64,000 bases of DNA from Owenweeksia sp. TMED14 (GTDB lineage Bacteria; Bacteroidota; Bacteroidia; Flavobacteriales; Schleiferiaceae). The stretch covers positions 118,367 through 182,366 of the forward strand of contig CATIRS010000049.1 in the NCBI GenBank assembly GCA_949529985.1, given 5' to 3'. Below, piece after piece: positions 1-11,671 of this stretch. Both the position numbers and the translations under genes were made by a program. Position 1 is the stretch's first letter; the number at the start of each line of letters is the position of its first letter. The notes beneath the pieces were generated by a model. It had not been told where the DNA came from. It made no database searches and saw nothing but the letters and a program-made list of their open reading frames with translations.

Positions 1-764
1 TATGCTTTGCGATTATTACGACGATCATTCGAACTATTTCGGCGATCGTTATTACCTGGTCGACCTTTTTGATTACCACCTTGACCTCCAGTATTCGGTC
101 TACCTCCTGTGACACCTAATACATTTGTCAAGTCACGCTTACCGTAAACTTCACCTTTCATTATCCATACTTTTATTCCAATCCTGCCATATGTAGTATG
201 AGCTTCGGACCAGTGATAATCTATATCAGCACGAAATGTGTGCAAAGGTGTACGTCCATCTTTGAATTTTTCAGATCTAGCAATTTCAGCACCATTAAGT
301 CGACCACTCAATTGAACTTTAATCCCCTCTGCACCCATACGCATTGTAGATTGTATGCTCATCTTTACAGCGCGTCTAAAGGAAATACGGCCTTCAATTT
401 GACGAGCAATAGAATCAGCGACGAGTTTTGCGTCTAATTCAGGACGTTTGATTTCATGAATATTTAACTGAACATCTTTCTTTGTTAATTTTTTCAATTC
501 TTCTCTAAGCTTTTCAACCTCAGTACCACCTTTGCCAATAATCACACCTGGTCGAGCGGACGCAATAGTAATTGTAACCAACTTGAGTGTCCGTTCAATA
601 ATTATCCGGGAAACATTAGCACGAGATAACCTAGCATATAAATATTTTCTGATGGCCGCATCTTCAGCAATTCTATCTCCATAATTTTTTCCTCCAAACC
701 AGTTTGAATCCCAACCTCTTATAAAACCAAGACGATTACCTATTGGATTAGCTTTTTGTCCCAT
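1..764 (-). CDS. rpsC: 30S ribosomal protein S3 (3' end at or just beyond the window edge)
   Basis: Absent from the ORF track because no stop lies inside the window. The reverse-strand ATG at 762-764 overlaps the L22 stop (TAATG). My translation reads [29 protein letters not shown]..., then a KH-type core and an N/R/G-rich basic tail ending ...NDRRNNRKA at position 3. Its position after L22 fits S10-operon order. Confidence 0.93.
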   Translation of the reverse strand, partial: MGQKANPIGNRLGFIRGWDSNWFGGKNYGDRIAEDAAIRKYLYARLSRANVSRIIIERTLKLVTITIASARPGVIIGKGGTEVEKLREELKKLTKKDVQLNIHEIKRPELDAKLVADSIARQIEGRISFRRAVKMSIQSTMRMGAEGIKVQLSGRLNGAEIARSEKFKDGRTPLHTFRADIDYHWSEAHTTYGRIGIKVWIMKGEVYGKRDLTNVLGVTGGRPNTGGQGGNQKGRPGNNDRRNSSNDRRNNRKA

Positions 765-1201
765 TATTGAACTTCTTTAACTTCAGTTACACTAGTTTTT
801 TCAATATTATTTGCTTCCCCAACCACAATAGTCACGTGATTTGAGCGCTTCCGTACACGATGCGCTCGTCCCTGAGGCGCTGGTTGAACACGCTTGAGCA
901 TTCGCCCACTGTCTACACTAATGGTCTGTACTATTAATTGCGTTTCATCAACAGAAACACCCTCGTTTTTTGTCTGCCAATTACTCAACGCTGAGACTAA
1001 AAGTTTTTCCAAACGGATAGAAGCTTCTTTACCGTTGTGCTTGAGAGCATATAAAGCTTTAGTAACCTCCATTCCTCGAACCATATCTGCTACTAAACGC
1101 ATTTTCCGAGGAGACGTCGGACAATTATTTAATTTGGCCGAGGCAATGTTTTTACGAGCCTCTTTAATGACTGATGCGGTATTGTGTTTACGTGATCCCA
1201 T
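764..1201 (-). CDS. rplV: 50S ribosomal protein L22
   Basis: 145 aa. It has a [14 protein letters not shown]-type L22 core and lies between S19 and S3 in canonical operon order. Confidence 0.95.
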   Translation of the reverse strand: MGSRKHNTASVIKEARKNIASAKLNNCPTSPRKMRLVADMVRGMEVTKALYALKHNGKEASIRLEKLLVSALSNWQTKNEGVSVDETQLIVQTISVDSGRMLKRVQPAPQGRAHRVRKRSNHVTIVVGEANNIEKTSVTEVKEVQ

Positions 1202-1204
1202 AGC

Positions 1205-1483
1205 TTATCTTTTACCCTTATCTTTTTTCCCTCCATGACCACGAAAGGTACGTGTAGGGGAAAACTCACCTAACTTATGTCCAACCATATTCTCTGTAAT
1301 GTATACAGGAATAAACGTTTTTCCATTGTGGACTGCAATTGTCTGACCAACAAAATCTGGACTAATCATTGACGCCCGTGACCAAGTTTTAATCACACTT
1401 TTTTTGCTAGCGGACACATTCTCCATTACACGCTTTTCAAGCTTATAATGAATGTAGGGTCCTTTTTTTAGTGAACGTGCCAT
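1205..1483 (-). CDS. rpsS: 30S ribosomal protein S19
   Basis: 92 aa. [11 protein letters not shown]... and [16 protein letters not shown] are classical S19 motifs. Confidence 0.96.
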   Translation of the reverse strand: MARSLKKGPYIHYKLEKRVMENVSASKKSVIKTWSRASMISPDFVGQTIAVHNGKTFIPVYITENMVGHKLGEFSPTRTFRGHGGKKDKGKR

Positions 1484-1486
1484 TTC

Positions 1487-2311
1487 TTATTTCTTCCTTT
1501 TTTCAATAATATATCGATTGCTTTCCTTAACGCGATCGCGAGTTTTAAATCCTTTCGAAGGAATACTATTACGAGAACGTGGGTGTCCTCCAGAAGCGCG
1601 GCCTTCGCCACCACCCATTGGGTGATCAACTGGATTCATCGCTACTCCTCGAGTTCGGGGTCGCCTACCGAGCCATCGGCTCCTTCCAGCCTTACCACCA
1701 ACTAGTTGCTGATGATCACTGTTTGAGACAACACCTACAGTAGCCATACATTCTACTAAAACCATACGAGTTTCACCCGAAGGCATTTTTAGAGTAGCAT
1801 ATTTACCATCTCTTGCTGCAAGCTGAGCAAAAGCACCTGCGGATCTAGCAATAATGCCTCCTTGACTTGGTCTTAATTCAATATTATGAACTATAGTACC
1901 TAGTGGTAACTCTGAAAGTTTAAGTGAGTTTCCAACTTCTGGGGGAGAACCGGTACCTGATAGGATGTTTTGGCCTACCTCAACGCCGTTGGGAGCTAAA
2001 ATATAACGTTTTTCACCGTCGGCATAAAATACAAGTGCAATAAAAGCTGAGCGATTTGGATCGTACTCAATAGTTTTTATTATCCCTGGTACACCAAATT
2101 TTTCACGTTTAAAATCAATAACACGATATCGCTGCTTTGCTCCACCGCCCATGTAACGCATGGTCATTTTACCAGTGTCATTACGACCGCCACTACGTTT
2201 TTTAGGAAGCGTCAAGGACTTTTCCGGGGTAGATGCAGTTATGACACCATAATCGTTTACAACACGGAAACGCTGTCCCGGTGTGATTGGTTTTAATTTC
2301 CGTACGCCCAT
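1487..2311 (-). CDS. rplB: 50S ribosomal protein L2
   Basis: 274 aa. It carries GRNxxGxxT-like and HPMGGGEGR motifs and follows L23. Confidence 0.97.
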   Translation of the reverse strand: MGVRKLKPITPGQRFRVVNDYGVITASTPEKSLTLPKKRSGGRNDTGKMTMRYMGGGAKQRYRVIDFKREKFGVPGIIKTIEYDPNRSAFIALVFYADGEKRYILAPNGVEVGQNILSGTGSPPEVGNSLKLSELPLGTIVHNIELRPSQGGIIARSAGAFAQLAARDGKYATLKMPSGETRMVLVECMATVGVVSNSDHQQLVGGKAGRSRWLGRRPRTRGVAMNPVDHPMGGGEGRASGGHPRSRNSIPSKGFKTRDRVKESNRYIIEKRKK

Positions 2312-2317
2312 GATAAA

Positions 2318-2614
2318 TTATAGATTAGCGTAAAAATCAATAGACTCACCAGCACTAACGTCAACGATGGCTTTTTTATAAGCAGGCTTACTACCTGATA
2401 ACGTTCCTGCTTTTGTGAATCGCACAACCTTCTTTGCTGGAATGATAAGTGTACGAACACTTTTTACATTCACACTGTAGGCAGCCTCGATGGCCTTTTT
2501 AATTTCAACTTTATTAGACTTTCTAGCTACGACAAAAGTGTAGCGGCTTTGGCTCTCCGCTTGCGCTGAAGCTTTTTCCGTAATAACAGGTCGAATCAGA
2601 ATAGTTTCCATCAC
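2318..2614 (-). CDS. rplW: 50S ribosomal protein L23
   Basis: 98 aa. IRPVITEKA start motif, and it lies between L4 and L2. Confidence 0.93.
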   Translation of the reverse strand: MMETILIRPVITEKASAQAESQSRYTFVVARKSNKVEIKKAIEAAYSVNVKSVRTLIIPAKKVVRFTKAGTLSGSKPAYKKAIVDVSAGESIDFYANL

Positions 2615-3243
2615 TTTGTAGTTAATGCATTTTGAATTTTCTCGATTGAGCCTTCTAAGAGGATCAACATGCCAGCATTCAAAATAGAATAAGTATTTAA
2701 TTCTGAAGCAGTTACAACATTTGATCCCTCAAAATTGCGAGATGACAAATATACATTTTTATCCGACTCAGGCAACACTACAGTACATTTTTTTCCTGAA
2801 AAACCTAAAGACTCAAGAACAGTGGCGTAATCTTTAGTTTTTGGAGACTTTAACGAAAACTTATCAAGAATCATAATTTGATTGTCAGAGGCCATCATAC
2901 TTAAAGCAGATTTACGAGCAACCATCTTCAATTTTTTATTCAATTTAAAACCGTATTCATGAGGTCTTGGACCAAAGACAGTACCACCACCACGGTACAA
3001 AGGTGAACGCATACTTCCATGACGAGCCCCACCAGTACCTTTTTGCTTATGAGCTTTTTTCGTGGTCCGATTAATTTCAGATCTTTCCTTTGACTTGTGC
3101 GTACCCTGACGTTGATTAGCTAAATATTGCTTTACGTCTAAATATACAGCATGCTCATTAGGTTTAACACTAAAAATAGCGTCACTTAATATCGCCTTTC
3201 GTCCGATATCTTTACCCTTTTGATTAACAATGTCTATTTCCAT
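2611..3243 (-). CDS. rplD: 50S ribosomal protein L4
   Basis: 210 aa. KQKGTGGARHGS motif, with a 4-nt overlap with L23. Confidence 0.95.
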   Translation of the reverse strand: MEIDIVNQKGKDIGRKAILSDAIFSVKPNEHAVYLDVKQYLANQRQGTHKSKERSEINRTTKKAHKQKGTGGARHGSMRSPLYRGGGTVFGPRPHEYGFKLNKKLKMVARKSALSMMASDNQIMILDKFSLKSPKTKDYATVLESLGFSGKKCTVVLPESDKNVYLSSRNFEGSNVVTASELNTYSILNAGMLILLEGSIEKIQNALTTK

Positions 3244-3857
3244 TATTTTTGAACTATTACCACAGATTGACGGGCACCGGGGATAGACCCTTTCACCACT
3301 AATACATTCTGCTCTGAATCAACTTTTAAAACTTTAAGGTTTTGAACCTTCACTCTTTCATTACCCATTCTGCCTCCCATTCGAGTGCCTTTAAAAACAC
3401 GAGATGGATCAGAACCAGCGCCGATAGAACCTGGAGCTCGTAAACGATTATGTTGACCGTGAGTTGCTTGACCAACACCGGCAAACCCGTGTCTTTTAAC
3501 AACCCCTTGAAAACCTTTACCTTTTGAGGTCCCGGCAACATCGACAAACTCACCTTCCGTGAACATATCGACAGTCAATGTTTCACCTAAAGCGACAGAA
3601 TCATCCGTAAAATCACGAAATTCTACGTACTTCTGTTTTGCTACGGTATTAGCTTTTTTGGCATGACCGACGGCAGATTTGTTTGGACGCTTTTTATCGC
3701 CAAACGCAACCTGCACGGCAGCGTAACCATCGACATCTTTACTTTTAATTTGGGTGACCACACAGGGGCCCAATTCGATGACCGTGCACGGGTAGTTTTT
3801 ACCATCCGCGTCGAAGATGCTGGTCATTCCGATTTTCTTGCCAATTAGTCCAGGCAT
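3243..3857 (-). CDS. rplC: 50S ribosomal protein L3
   Basis: 204 aa. [15 protein letters not shown] motif, with a 1-nt overlap with L4. Confidence 0.96.
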   Translation of the reverse strand: MPGLIGKKIGMTSIFDADGKNYPCTVIELGPCVVTQIKSKDVDGYAAVQVAFGDKKRPNKSAVGHAKKANTVAKQKYVEFRDFTDDSVALGETLTVDMFTEGEFVDVAGTSKGKGFQGVVKRHGFAGVGQATHGQHNRLRAPGSIGAGSDPSRVFKGTRMGGRMGNERVKVQNLKVLKVDSEQNVLVVKGSIPGARQSVVIVQK

Positions 3858-3876
3858 GATATTTTACGGTTCTGAG

Positions 3877-4182
3877 TTAAACTTTAATTTCTACTTCCAC
3901 ACCACTAGGCAGCTCCAACTTCATCAAAGCATCAATTGTCTTACTGGATGATGAATAAATATCCAAAAGACGCTTGTAACTATTAAGTTCAAACTGTTCG
4001 CGCGCTTTCTTATTAACGTGAGGTGAACGCAATACCGTATAAATACGCTTGTGCGTTGGAAGAGGTATTGGGCCATTAACAACAGCACCTGTACTCTTCA
4101 CAGTCTTCACGATTTTTTCTGCACTCTTGTCCACTAACATATGGTCATAGGATTTGAGTTTTATTCTTATTTTTTGGCTCAT
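3877..4182 (-). CDS. rpsJ: 30S ribosomal protein S10
   Basis: 101 aa. [15 protein letters not shown] and [13 protein letters not shown] motifs. Confidence 0.97.
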   Translation of the reverse strand: MSQKIRIKLKSYDHMLVDKSAEKIVKTVKSTGAVVNGPIPLPTHKRIYTVLRSPHVNKKAREQFELNSYKRLLDIYSSSSKTIDALMKLELPSGVEVEIKV

Positions 4183-4196
4183 AGGATCGTCAACAA

Positions 4197-6329
4197 TTAT
4201 TTACTACCTCGTACACTTGCAATTACCTCTTCTGAAATACCCTTCGGTGTTTCTGCATAATTGCTAAACTCCATGGATGAACTACCGCGACCAGAGGTGA
4301 TGGTACGCAATGTGGTGACATAGCCAAACATTTCGCTAAGAGGAACTTTTGCATGAACAACTGAGTCACCCTCTTTGGTGTCCATTCCTTCTACTTGACC
4401 TCTTCGCTTATTCAAGTCACCCACAACGTCACCCATTGAAGCTTCCGGCATTACAACCTCAATTTTCATCAACGGCTCAAGAATAACTGGCTTCGCTTTT
4501 CGACCTGATTCTCTAAAACCTAGTCTAGCCGCAAGCTCAAAGGACAAAGCATCTGAATCAACAGGATGAAAAGAACCATCCTCTAAAGTTACCTTCATCG
4601 AGTCAACTCCATATCCAGCAAGAGGACCATTAGTCATAGCTTCTCTAAAACCTTTTTCGACAGCAGGAATAAATTCGCGAGGAATGTTTCCTCCTTTAAT
4701 TTTGTTAATGAATTGCAATCCACCTGCCTCAAAATCATCATCAGCAGGGCCGATTTTAAAATCAATATCAGCAAATTTACCACGACCACCTGTTTGCTTT
4801 TTGTATTGCTCACGGTGAGATGTCTCAGCAGTGAGGGCTTCTTTGTACTGAACCTGAGGAGCACCTTGATTACATTCAACCTTAAATTCACGGCGCATTC
4901 GATCTACAAGAATGTCCAAGTGTAACTCTCCCATTCCTGAAATCACAGTTTGACCAGTATCCTCGTCAGTAGCAACACGGAAAGTAGGATCTTCCTCAGC
5001 TAGTTTAGCAAGAGCCAATCCCATTTTATCCATATCTGCCTGAGTTTTAGGCTCAACTGCCAAACCAATTACGGGCTCAGGGAAAGTCATCGATTCTAAC
5101 ACAATGGGTCTCTTTTCATCGCATAATGTGTCACCGGTTCTAATATCTTTAAAACCGACTCCCGCTCCAATATCACCAGCCTCTATAAAGGGGATGGGAT
5201 TCTGTTTATTAGAATGCATTTGAAATATCCGGGAAATGCGTTCTTTATTACCAGTTCGAATATTCTTTACGTAAGATCCTGCATCTGTTTTTCCGGAATA
5301 GACCCGAAAAAAGCACAAACGACCTACAAACGGATCAGTTGCTATTTTAAAGGCTAACGCAGCAAATGGCTCACTAGCATCAGGCTTTCGCATCTCTTCT
5401 TCATCTGTGTCTGGATTTGTACCGATAATACCTTCAACGTCAAGAGGGGAAGGCATAAATGACATTACGGCATCCAACATAGTTTGAACACCCTTATTCT
5501 TAAACGCGGACCCACAAAGAACAGGAGTAATTTTCTGAGCTATAGTAGCCTTACGGATTGCAGAAACTAATTCATCGCGAGTAATTGCATCTGGATCATC
5601 GAAAAATTTTTCTAAAAGAGTATCATCAAATTCAGCAACAGATTCCACTAGCTTTTCACGATATTCTTTTACAGTCTCCACAAGATCTTCAGGAATTTCA
5701 ACCTCTTCAAATGTCATACCTTGGGTTTCATCATCCCAGATTATGGCCTTATTATCGATCAAGTCAACGACTCCTTTGAATTCGGTTTCTGCACCAATAG
5801 GAATTTGAAGTGGAACTGGATGTCCTTTTAATTTATCATCAATCTGGCGAACAACGTTGAAAAAATCAGCTCCGGTACGATCCATTTTATTGACAAATGC
5901 AATACGAGGAACATTATATTTAGTTGCCTGACGCCAAACTGTTTCAGTTTGAGGCTGAACACCTCCCACCGCACACAATAAAGCGACAGCACCATCTAAC
6001 ACTCTTAGGGACCTTTCTACTTCAACAGTGAAATCAACGTGACCTGGAGTGTCAATAATGTTTATTTTATACTCCTCAGTATTATTTAAATCTTTTCCCT
6101 GATTTGTAGGAAATCTCCAGAAACAAGTTGTAGCTGCAGATGTAATTGTAATTCCACGCTCCTGCTCTTGAATCATCCAATCCATTGTCGCGGCTCCGTC
6201 ATGAACCTCACCTATCTTGTGAGAAACTCCTGTGTAATATAAAATACGTTCAGTCGTAGTGGTTTTACCCGCATCAATGTGGGCCATTATTCCAATATTC
6301 CGAGTATGTTTAAGATCGCGTGTTGACAT
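4197..6329 (-). CDS. fusA: Elongation factor G
   Basis: 710 aa. GTPase motifs [17 protein letters not shown] and NKMD, lying between S7 and S10. Confidence 0.97.
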   Translation of the reverse strand: MSTRDLKHTRNIGIMAHIDAGKTTTTERILYYTGVSHKIGEVHDGAATMDWMIQEQERGITITSAATTCFWRFPTNQGKDLNNTEEYKINIIDTPGHVDFTVEVERSLRVLDGAVALLCAVGGVQPQTETVWRQATKYNVPRIAFVNKMDRTGADFFNVVRQIDDKLKGHPVPLQIPIGAETEFKGVVDLIDNKAIIWDDETQGMTFEEVEIPEDLVETVKEYREKLVESVAEFDDTLLEKFFDDPDAITRDELVSAIRKATIAQKITPVLCGSAFKNKGVQTMLDAVMSFMPSPLDVEGIIGTNPDTDEEEMRKPDASEPFAALAFKIATDPFVGRLCFFRVYSGKTDAGSYVKNIRTGNKERISRIFQMHSNKQNPIPFIEAGDIGAGVGFKDIRTGDTLCDEKRPIVLESMTFPEPVIGLAVEPKTQADMDKMGLALAKLAEEDPTFRVATDEDTGQTVISGMGELHLDILVDRMRREFKVECNQGAPQVQYKEALTAETSHREQYKKQTGGRGKFADIDFKIGPADDDFEAGGLQFINKIKGGNIPREFIPAVEKGFREAMTNGPLAGYGVDSMKVTLEDGSFHPVDSDALSFELAARLGFRESGRKAKPVILEPLMKIEVVMPEASMGDVVGDLNKRRGQVEGMDTKEGDSVVHAKVPLSEMFGYVTTLRTITSGRGSSSMEFSNYAETPKGISEEVIASVRGSK

Positions 6330-6341
6330 TAAAATATATAT

Positions 6342-6812
6342 TTAGAATCGGAAGTGAGAGAAAGCTTTATTAGCCTCAGCCATACGGTGAACGTCCATGC
6401 GCTTTTTAACTGCAGCGCCTTCTTCCTTTGCCGCAGCCATTATTTCGCCTGCAAGTTTTGCTGCCATACTCTTTTCGTTGCGAGCTCGGGAGTAACCAAT
6501 TAACCATTTCATTGCTTGAGATATTTTTCTTTCTGGACGAATCTGTTGAGGGATCTGAAATGTAGAACCACCGACACGACGACTGCGCACTTCTACATGC
6601 GGCATGACGTTTGTCAAAGCTGATTTCCATTGCTCAAGCCCGTTAGCTTCCTCAGATTTGGAAGATATTAGGTCAATAGCATCATAAAAAATTGAATAAG
6701 AAGTTGACTTCTTACCGTCATACATTAAATTGTTTACGAAACGGGTTACCAAAGGATCGTTGAACCGAGGATCTGGCAAGAGTGGGCGTTTTTTCGCACG
6801 AGTCTTTCTCAT
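6342..6812 (-). CDS. rpsG: 30S ribosomal protein S7
   Basis: 156 aa. The S7-type sequence ends ...[10 protein letters not shown] and the gene lies downstream of S12. Confidence 0.96.
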   Translation of the reverse strand: MRKTRAKKRPLLPDPRFNDPLVTRFVNNLMYDGKKSTSYSIFYDAIDLISSKSEEANGLEQWKSALTNVMPHVEVRSRRVGGSTFQIPQQIRPERKISQAMKWLIGYSRARNEKSMAAKLAGEIMAAAKEEGAAVKKRMDVHRMAEANKAFSHFRF

Positions 6813-6821
6813 AGTTTCCTT

Positions 6822-7202
6822 TTATTTTTTTGCTTTTGGACGTTTTGTACCATATTTCGATCGGCGTTGCATTCTACCTGCAACTCCTGCGGCATCAAGT
6901 GCTCCGCGGACAATGTGATATCGAACTCCAGGAAGATCTTTAACACGCCCTCCACGAACGAGTACAATTGAGTGCTCCTGAAGATTGTGGCCCTCTCCAC
7001 CAATGTAAGCATTGACTTCGTTACCGTTTGTTAATCTTACACGAGCTACTTTTCTCATAGCTGAGTTTGGCTTTTTTGGGGTAGTTGTATAAACACGGGT
7101 GCAAACACCCCTTCTTTGAGGGCAAGAATCCAGCGCCGCTGACTTGCTCTTCTTCTGTAATTTCACTCTTCCTTTACGAACGAGTTGTTGAATAGTTGGC
7201 AT
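6822..7202 (-). CDS. rpsL: 30S ribosomal protein S12
   Basis: 126 aa. [12 protein letters not shown]... and [19 protein letters not shown] are classical S12 motifs. Confidence 0.97.
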   Translation of the reverse strand: MPTIQQLVRKGRVKLQKKSKSAALDSCPQRRGVCTRVYTTTPKKPNSAMRKVARVRLTNGNEVNAYIGGEGHNLQEHSIVLVRGGRVKDLPGVRYHIVRGALDAAGVAGRMQRRSKYGTKRPKAKK

Positions 7203-7264
7203 TCTTCTTAATTGTTTTGGTTGTCGTCGCTACAATAACTTTCTCCTTAATTTTTAAGGGACTG

Positions 7265-7294
7265 CAAATGTAGATCTTTTTATCTAACATTCAA
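7265..7294 (-). promoter_or_regulatory. Candidate Bacteroidota-type promoter of the rpsL operon (TTG-N19-TACATTTG)
   Basis: The minus strand reads GTTG at 7292-7294, a 19-nt spacer, then TACATTTG at 7272-7265. This matches the Bacteroidetes -33 TTG / -7 TAnnTTTG consensus and sits about 60 nt upstream of the rpsL ATG. Confidence 0.45.
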
Positions 7295-7344
7295 CGCATA
7301 GATTTTATCCCTTTTTTAAACTTTTTATCACGGTGGTTAAAACA

Positions 7345-7352
7345 TATCTTTG
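7345..7352 (+). promoter_or_regulatory. Candidate -7 box (TATCTTTG) for the helicase gene
   Basis: It matches TAnnTTTG and lies 11 nt upstream of the ATG at 7364. No clean -33 TTG is seen. Confidence 0.25.
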
Positions 7353-7363
7353 AAATCTATAAC

Positions 7364-9685
7364 ATGTCACAATATCTCCAAGCTTTAAATCCGGTCCAAA
7401 GAGAAGCTGTTGAATGCACTCAAGGACCAGTAATGGTCATTGCTGGCGCAGGCTCAGGAAAAACTCGTGTCTTAACATATCGCGTCGCTCATTTAATGAA
7501 CTCAGGCGTTGACCCATTCAATATTCTATCATTGACTTTCACAAATAAAGCAGCCCGTGAAATGAAAGATCGGATAGAAAGAGTTTTAGGCAGCACTGAC
7601 GCAAAAAACCTTTGGATGGGTACATTTCATTCTGTTTTTGCAAAAATTTTGAGAATAGAAGGCCACCGGCTTGGTTTTCCTTCGAACTTTACAATTTATG
7701 ATAGCGAAGACTCGAAAAAAGTTATTTCGGAACTAATAAAACAAATGGCATTAGATAAAGAAATTTACAAAACAAAAACTATTGCTAGTCGCATTTCCTC
7801 TTACAAAAACAACTTAATTACTCCCAAAACATATTTAAACAGATTAGAATTACAGGAAGCAGATGCTTCAGCTAGAATTCCAAAACTTGGAGATGTCTAT
7901 TCTGCATACATGGAAAAATGCTTTAGAGCTGGAGCAATGGATTTTGACGATTTGCTTTTAAAGACCAATGAGCTCTTTATGAAATTCCCTGATGCCTTAG
8001 CAAAATATCAAGAAAGATTCAAATACATACTCGTGGATGAGTACCAAGACACCAATCACTCCCAGTACTTAATTATCAAAGCATTAGCTAGTAGATTCGA
8101 AAATATTTGCGTTGTTGGCGATGACGCTCAAAGCATTTATGCTTTTAGAGGTGCAAACATCAGAAATATTTTAAATTTCCAGAAAGACTACAATAATGCG
8201 AATTTTTTTAAACTAGAACAAAATTATAGAAGTACAGGATGTATAGTGAACGCAGCTAATTCTCTAATCAAACATAACAAAGAACAACTAGAAAAAAACA
8301 TTTGGACAGCAAATCCTTTGGGAGAAAAAATAGTTATTCATAAAAGTGTTAGCGATTCAGATGAGGGGAATTATGCAGCACAGACCATCTGGGAAAAAAA
8401 CATTCGAGAACATCAACCTTTTGACAACTTTGCAATTCTATATAGAACCAATGCTCAATCTAGAGCATTTGAAGACTCCTTTCGGAGAAAAAATATTCCT
8501 TATAGGATTTTTGGTGGATTGTCTTTTTATCAAAGAAAAGAAGTAAAAGATTTAATTTCGTATGTTAGGCTAGTAGTAAATTTAAAAGACGACGAAGCTT
8601 TTAAAAGAATAATAAACCTTCCAGCTCGAGGAATTGGTGAAACCACTTTGGCGCGTTTAAGCATATGCGCTAATAAACACAGTACATCTTTGTGGGAAGC
8701 TGCAAAAAACGCCTCAGAATGGGAAATAAAAATTAACCAACCAACGAAAGAAAAACTTTTATCATTTTGTGATTTAATATTAAGTTTCCAGATTTTAAGC
8801 TCCCAAAAAGATGCCTTTGACATTATGGAACACATAGCCCGGGCAAGTGGTCTAGTTAAATTTTTAAATGATGACAAAACACCTGAAGGAGTTAGTCGAT
8901 ATGAAAATATTCAAGAATTATTAAATGGCATAAAAGATTTTGTTGAAGAACAAAAACAAATTGAAGATGGAGATCAAAGTATTGACGCCTATCTGGAGGA
9001 TATAGCTCTCATAACTGACGCAGAACGAAAGGAGAAAGACGAAAGGCCTAAGGTGAGCTTGATGACTATCCACTTGGCCAAAGGACTTGAATTCCCAAAT
9101 GTGTTTGTGGTTGGTCTTGAAGAAAACCTCTTTCCGTCTATGATGAGTATTGGGTCCCAAAGTGATCTAGAAGAAGAGAGACGTTTATTTTATGTTGCCT
9201 TAACAAGAGCAAAAAAGAAAGCTTATTTAACTTATTCGCACGTTCGATATCGCTGGGGGAAACTTATTGATTGCGAACCCAGTCGGTTTCTTGACGAGAT
9301 TGATGGAGAGTACTTGGATATTCATATCCCTGAATACCAATTATCTAAAAATAGATCGAAACAAATAAACGATTCATTTAGTCTACCTTCGAACAGCAAA
9401 AATTATTCTAAAAAACCATCAAAAAAAACACCTATAAATACTGTTAAGTTTGTACGCCCTGCTAATCTTAAACCGATTGGAAGTTCTACAGTTTCAAACG
9501 ACTTAAAAGAAGAATACAATAATAACTTAGAAGTTGGACAGCGGATACTCCATGAACGTTTTGGCACGGGTACAATAACAAATATAACAGGTGAAAGCAT
9601 GGATCAAAAAGCAACAATTGTATTTGATAATGCTGGAGAGAAAAAATTATTACTAAAATTTGCTAAATTGCAATTAATTAAATAA
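7364..9685 (+). CDS. SF1 ATP-dependent DNA helicase, UvrD/PcrA/Rep family
   Basis: 773 aa. Walker A AGAGSGKT, motif II VDEYQDTN, TIHLAKGLEF and YVALTRAKK motifs, plus a C-terminal GQRILHERFGTGTI UvrD/PcrA-type tail. Confidence 0.9.
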   Translation: MSQYLQALNPVQREAVECTQGPVMVIAGAGSGKTRVLTYRVAHLMNSGVDPFNILSLTFTNKAAREMKDRIERVLGSTDAKNLWMGTFHSVFAKILRIEGHRLGFPSNFTIYDSEDSKKVISELIKQMALDKEIYKTKTIASRISSYKNNLITPKTYLNRLELQEADASARIPKLGDVYSAYMEKCFRAGAMDFDDLLLKTNELFMKFPDALAKYQERFKYILVDEYQDTNHSQYLIIKALASRFENICVVGDDAQSIYAFRGANIRNILNFQKDYNNANFFKLEQNYRSTGCIVNAANSLIKHNKEQLEKNIWTANPLGEKIVIHKSVSDSDEGNYAAQTIWEKNIREHQPFDNFAILYRTNAQSRAFEDSFRRKNIPYRIFGGLSFYQRKEVKDLISYVRLVVNLKDDEAFKRIINLPARGIGETTLARLSICANKHSTSLWEAAKNASEWEIKINQPTKEKLLSFCDLILSFQILSSQKDAFDIMEHIARASGLVKFLNDDKTPEGVSRYENIQELLNGIKDFVEEQKQIEDGDQSIDAYLEDIALITDAERKEKDERPKVSLMTIHLAKGLEFPNVFVVGLEENLFPSMMSIGSQSDLEEERRLFYVALTRAKKKAYLTYSHVRYRWGKLIDCEPSRFLDEIDGEYLDIHIPEYQLSKNRSKQINDSFSLPSNSKNYSKKPSKKTPINTVKFVRPANLKPIGSSTVSNDLKEEYNNNLEVGQRILHERFGTGTITNITGESMDQKATIVFDNAGEKKLLLKFAKLQLIK

Positions 9686-10353
9686 TGGATACAACCAAAA
9701 TCGCGGCACTTGCCCTTGACTATAACACGGATCGCAAGCATCTTATAATGCCTGAGTATGGCCGGCATGTTCAATCAATGATTGAGTATTGCTCAACACT
9801 TTCAGATCGAGAGCACAGAACCAAAGTTGCTAATAGCATTGTTGATGTCATTGGCAACCTCAATCCCAAACTGAGAGATAATCCAGATTATCGACACAAA
9901 CTTTGGGATCATCTTTTTGTCATGTCAGAATTTGATTTAGAAGTGGATAGTCCTTACCCTGTGTTAACCAAAGAAAAGCTTGGTGAACGTCCCGAAATAG
10001 TCCCCTACCCAAAAAAGAGTCGTACTCATAGGTATTATGGGAATGTTCTCCAGACAATGATACAGACTGTTTCAGAGATAGACCCTAGTCCCGAAAGAGA
10101 TGCAATGGAATTTGATATAGCCAATCAAATGAAACGTGCATATTTATCCTGGAATAAAGACAATGTAGACGATTCGATTATATTCTCGGAGTTAAGAACA
10201 TTATCGGGCGGAAAATTAGGACTCAAAGATGCTATTTTAACCGTTGCTAAAGGAGTGATATCTCAAAATGCACCGTTAAACACCAAATTAAAAAAGAAGA
10301 AAAAACCTCAATTCAAAAGAAAAGGGAGTTTTACTCCACGTTCTAAATCGTAA
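9685..10353 (+). CDS. DUF4290-family protein (function unknown)
   Basis: 222 aa. LIMPEYGRHVQSMIEYC...NLNPKLRD...HKLWDHLFVMSEF...DSPYP resembles the DUF4290 family that precedes murA in Bacteroidota. Its start overlaps the helicase stop (TAATG), and it has a K-rich tail. Confidence 0.7.
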   Translation: MDTTKIAALALDYNTDRKHLIMPEYGRHVQSMIEYCSTLSDREHRTKVANSIVDVIGNLNPKLRDNPDYRHKLWDHLFVMSEFDLEVDSPYPVLTKEKLGERPEIVPYPKKSRTHRYYGNVLQTMIQTVSEIDPSPERDAMEFDIANQMKRAYLSWNKDNVDDSIIFSELRTLSGGKLGLKDAILTVAKGVISQNAPLNTKLKKKKKPQFKRKGSFTPRSKS

Positions 10354-10357
10354 TTCA

Positions 10358-11671
10358 GTGGCTAGTTTTAAAATAAAAGGCGGAAATAGACTTCATGGAG
10401 ATGTTCAACCCCAAGGAGCTAAGAATGAAGTACTTCAAATTCTATGTGCAGTTCTTTTAACAGAAGAAGAAGTTAGAGTTTCTAATATCCCTGACATCTT
10501 AGATGTAAATAAACTAATAGAAATTCTCAAGGATTTTGGAGTTTCAGTTGTTAAAAATAGTCATGGCGATTATACATTTTGTGCTAAAAATATAGATTTA
10601 AAATTTTTAGAATCAAATATTTACAAACAAAAAGGATCTTCATTAAGAGGGTCTATAATGCTAGTTGGACCCCTACTTTCTAGATTTGGATTAGGCTATA
10701 TTCCAAAACCAGGTGGCGATAAAATAGGCCGCCGCAGACTCGACACACATTTTCTAGGATTCATGAAGCTTGGAGGAATATTTAAATTTGAAGAAAAATC
10801 AAATTTTTATGGAGTAGAGGCACCCATTTCTGGACTTAAAGGCGCTTATATTCTCTTAGATGAAGCCTCTGTAACCGGCACTGCAAACATAGTAATGGCC
10901 GCAGTATTAACTCCCGGAGAAACAATAATTTACAATGCTGCCTGCGAACCATATCTTCAACAACTATGCAACATGCTTGTCAGAATGGGTGCTGATATTA
11001 ATGGGATTGGCAGTAACATGTTAAAGATAAAGGGTGTTAAAAAACTTAATGGTACCGATCATAGGTGTTTACCCGATATGATAGAAATCGGATCCTGGAT
11101 AGGACTAGCAGCGATGACTCAAAGTGATATAACAATTAAAAATGCCGGAGTACAACACCTTGGTGTTATTCCGGATACATTTCGAAAAATTGGTATTAAA
11201 CTAGAGATAATTGGTGATGATATTCATGTTCCAAAACAGACAAATTATTCCATCAGCTCTTATCTAGACGGATCGATGGTGACGATTAGTGATGCCCCAT
11301 GGCCAGGCTTTACTCCAGATCTTTTAAGTATAATACTTGTTACTGCAACGCAATCTAGTGGATCTGTTCTAATCCATCAGAAAATGTTTGAGAGCCGTTT
11401 ATTTTTTGTAGATAAGCTAATTGATATGGGAGCACAGATTATTTTGTGTGACCCGCATAGAGCAACGGTTATAGGTCTGGATAGAAAATCGCCATTAAGA
11501 GCTACAACTATGTCTTCTCCTGACATACGCGCCGGAATAGCTCTTGTTATAGCTGCACTAAGTGCTGAGGGAACAAGTACAATCCATAACATAGAACAGA
11601 TTGACCGAGGTTATGAAGCAATTGATACTCGTCTAAAGAAATTAGGAGCAGACATTGAGCGTATTAATTAA
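10358..11671 (+). CDS. murA: UDP-N-acetylglucosamine 1-carboxyvinyltransferase
   Basis: 437 aa with a GTG start. [25 protein letters not shown]-terminus and the [15 protein letters not shown] active-site loop region. Confidence 0.93.
   Translation: MASFKIKGGNRLHGDVQPQGAKNEVLQILCAVLLTEEEVRVSNIPDILDVNKLIEILKDFGVSVVKNSHGDYTFCAKNIDLKFLESNIYKQKGSSLRGSIMLVGPLLSRFGLGYIPKPGGDKIGRRRLDTHFLGFMKLGGIFKFEEKSNFYGVEAPISGLKGAYILLDEASVTGTANIVMAAVLTPGETIIYNAACEPYLQQLCNMLVRMGADINGIGSNMLKIKGVKKLNGTDHRCLPDMIEIGSWIGLAAMTQSDITIKNAGVQHLGVIPDTFRKIGIKLEIIGDDIHVPKQTNYSISSYLDGSMVTISDAPWPGFTPDLLSIILVTATQSSGSVLIHQKMFESRLFFVDKLIDMGAQIILCDPHRATVIGLDRKSPLRATTMSSPDIRAGIALVIAALSAEGTSTIHNIEQIDRGYEAIDTRLKKLGADIERIN

Noticed and set aside
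894-1238. 114-aa ORF antisense to rplV/rpsS. The same class includes 3663..3848, 4713..4925, 5585..5779 and 6730..6918 within the ribosomal operon.
   Set aside because: These are antisense or alternative-frame ORFs inside universally conserved ribosomal protein and EF-G genes, with no motifs. They are shadow ORFs.
4183-4196. No tuf gene between fusA and rpsJ; considered this a possible deletion.
   Set aside because: In Bacteroidota tuf normally lies elsewhere, with the tRNA-secE-nusG cluster, and fusA directly precedes rpsJ. This is the expected arrangement.
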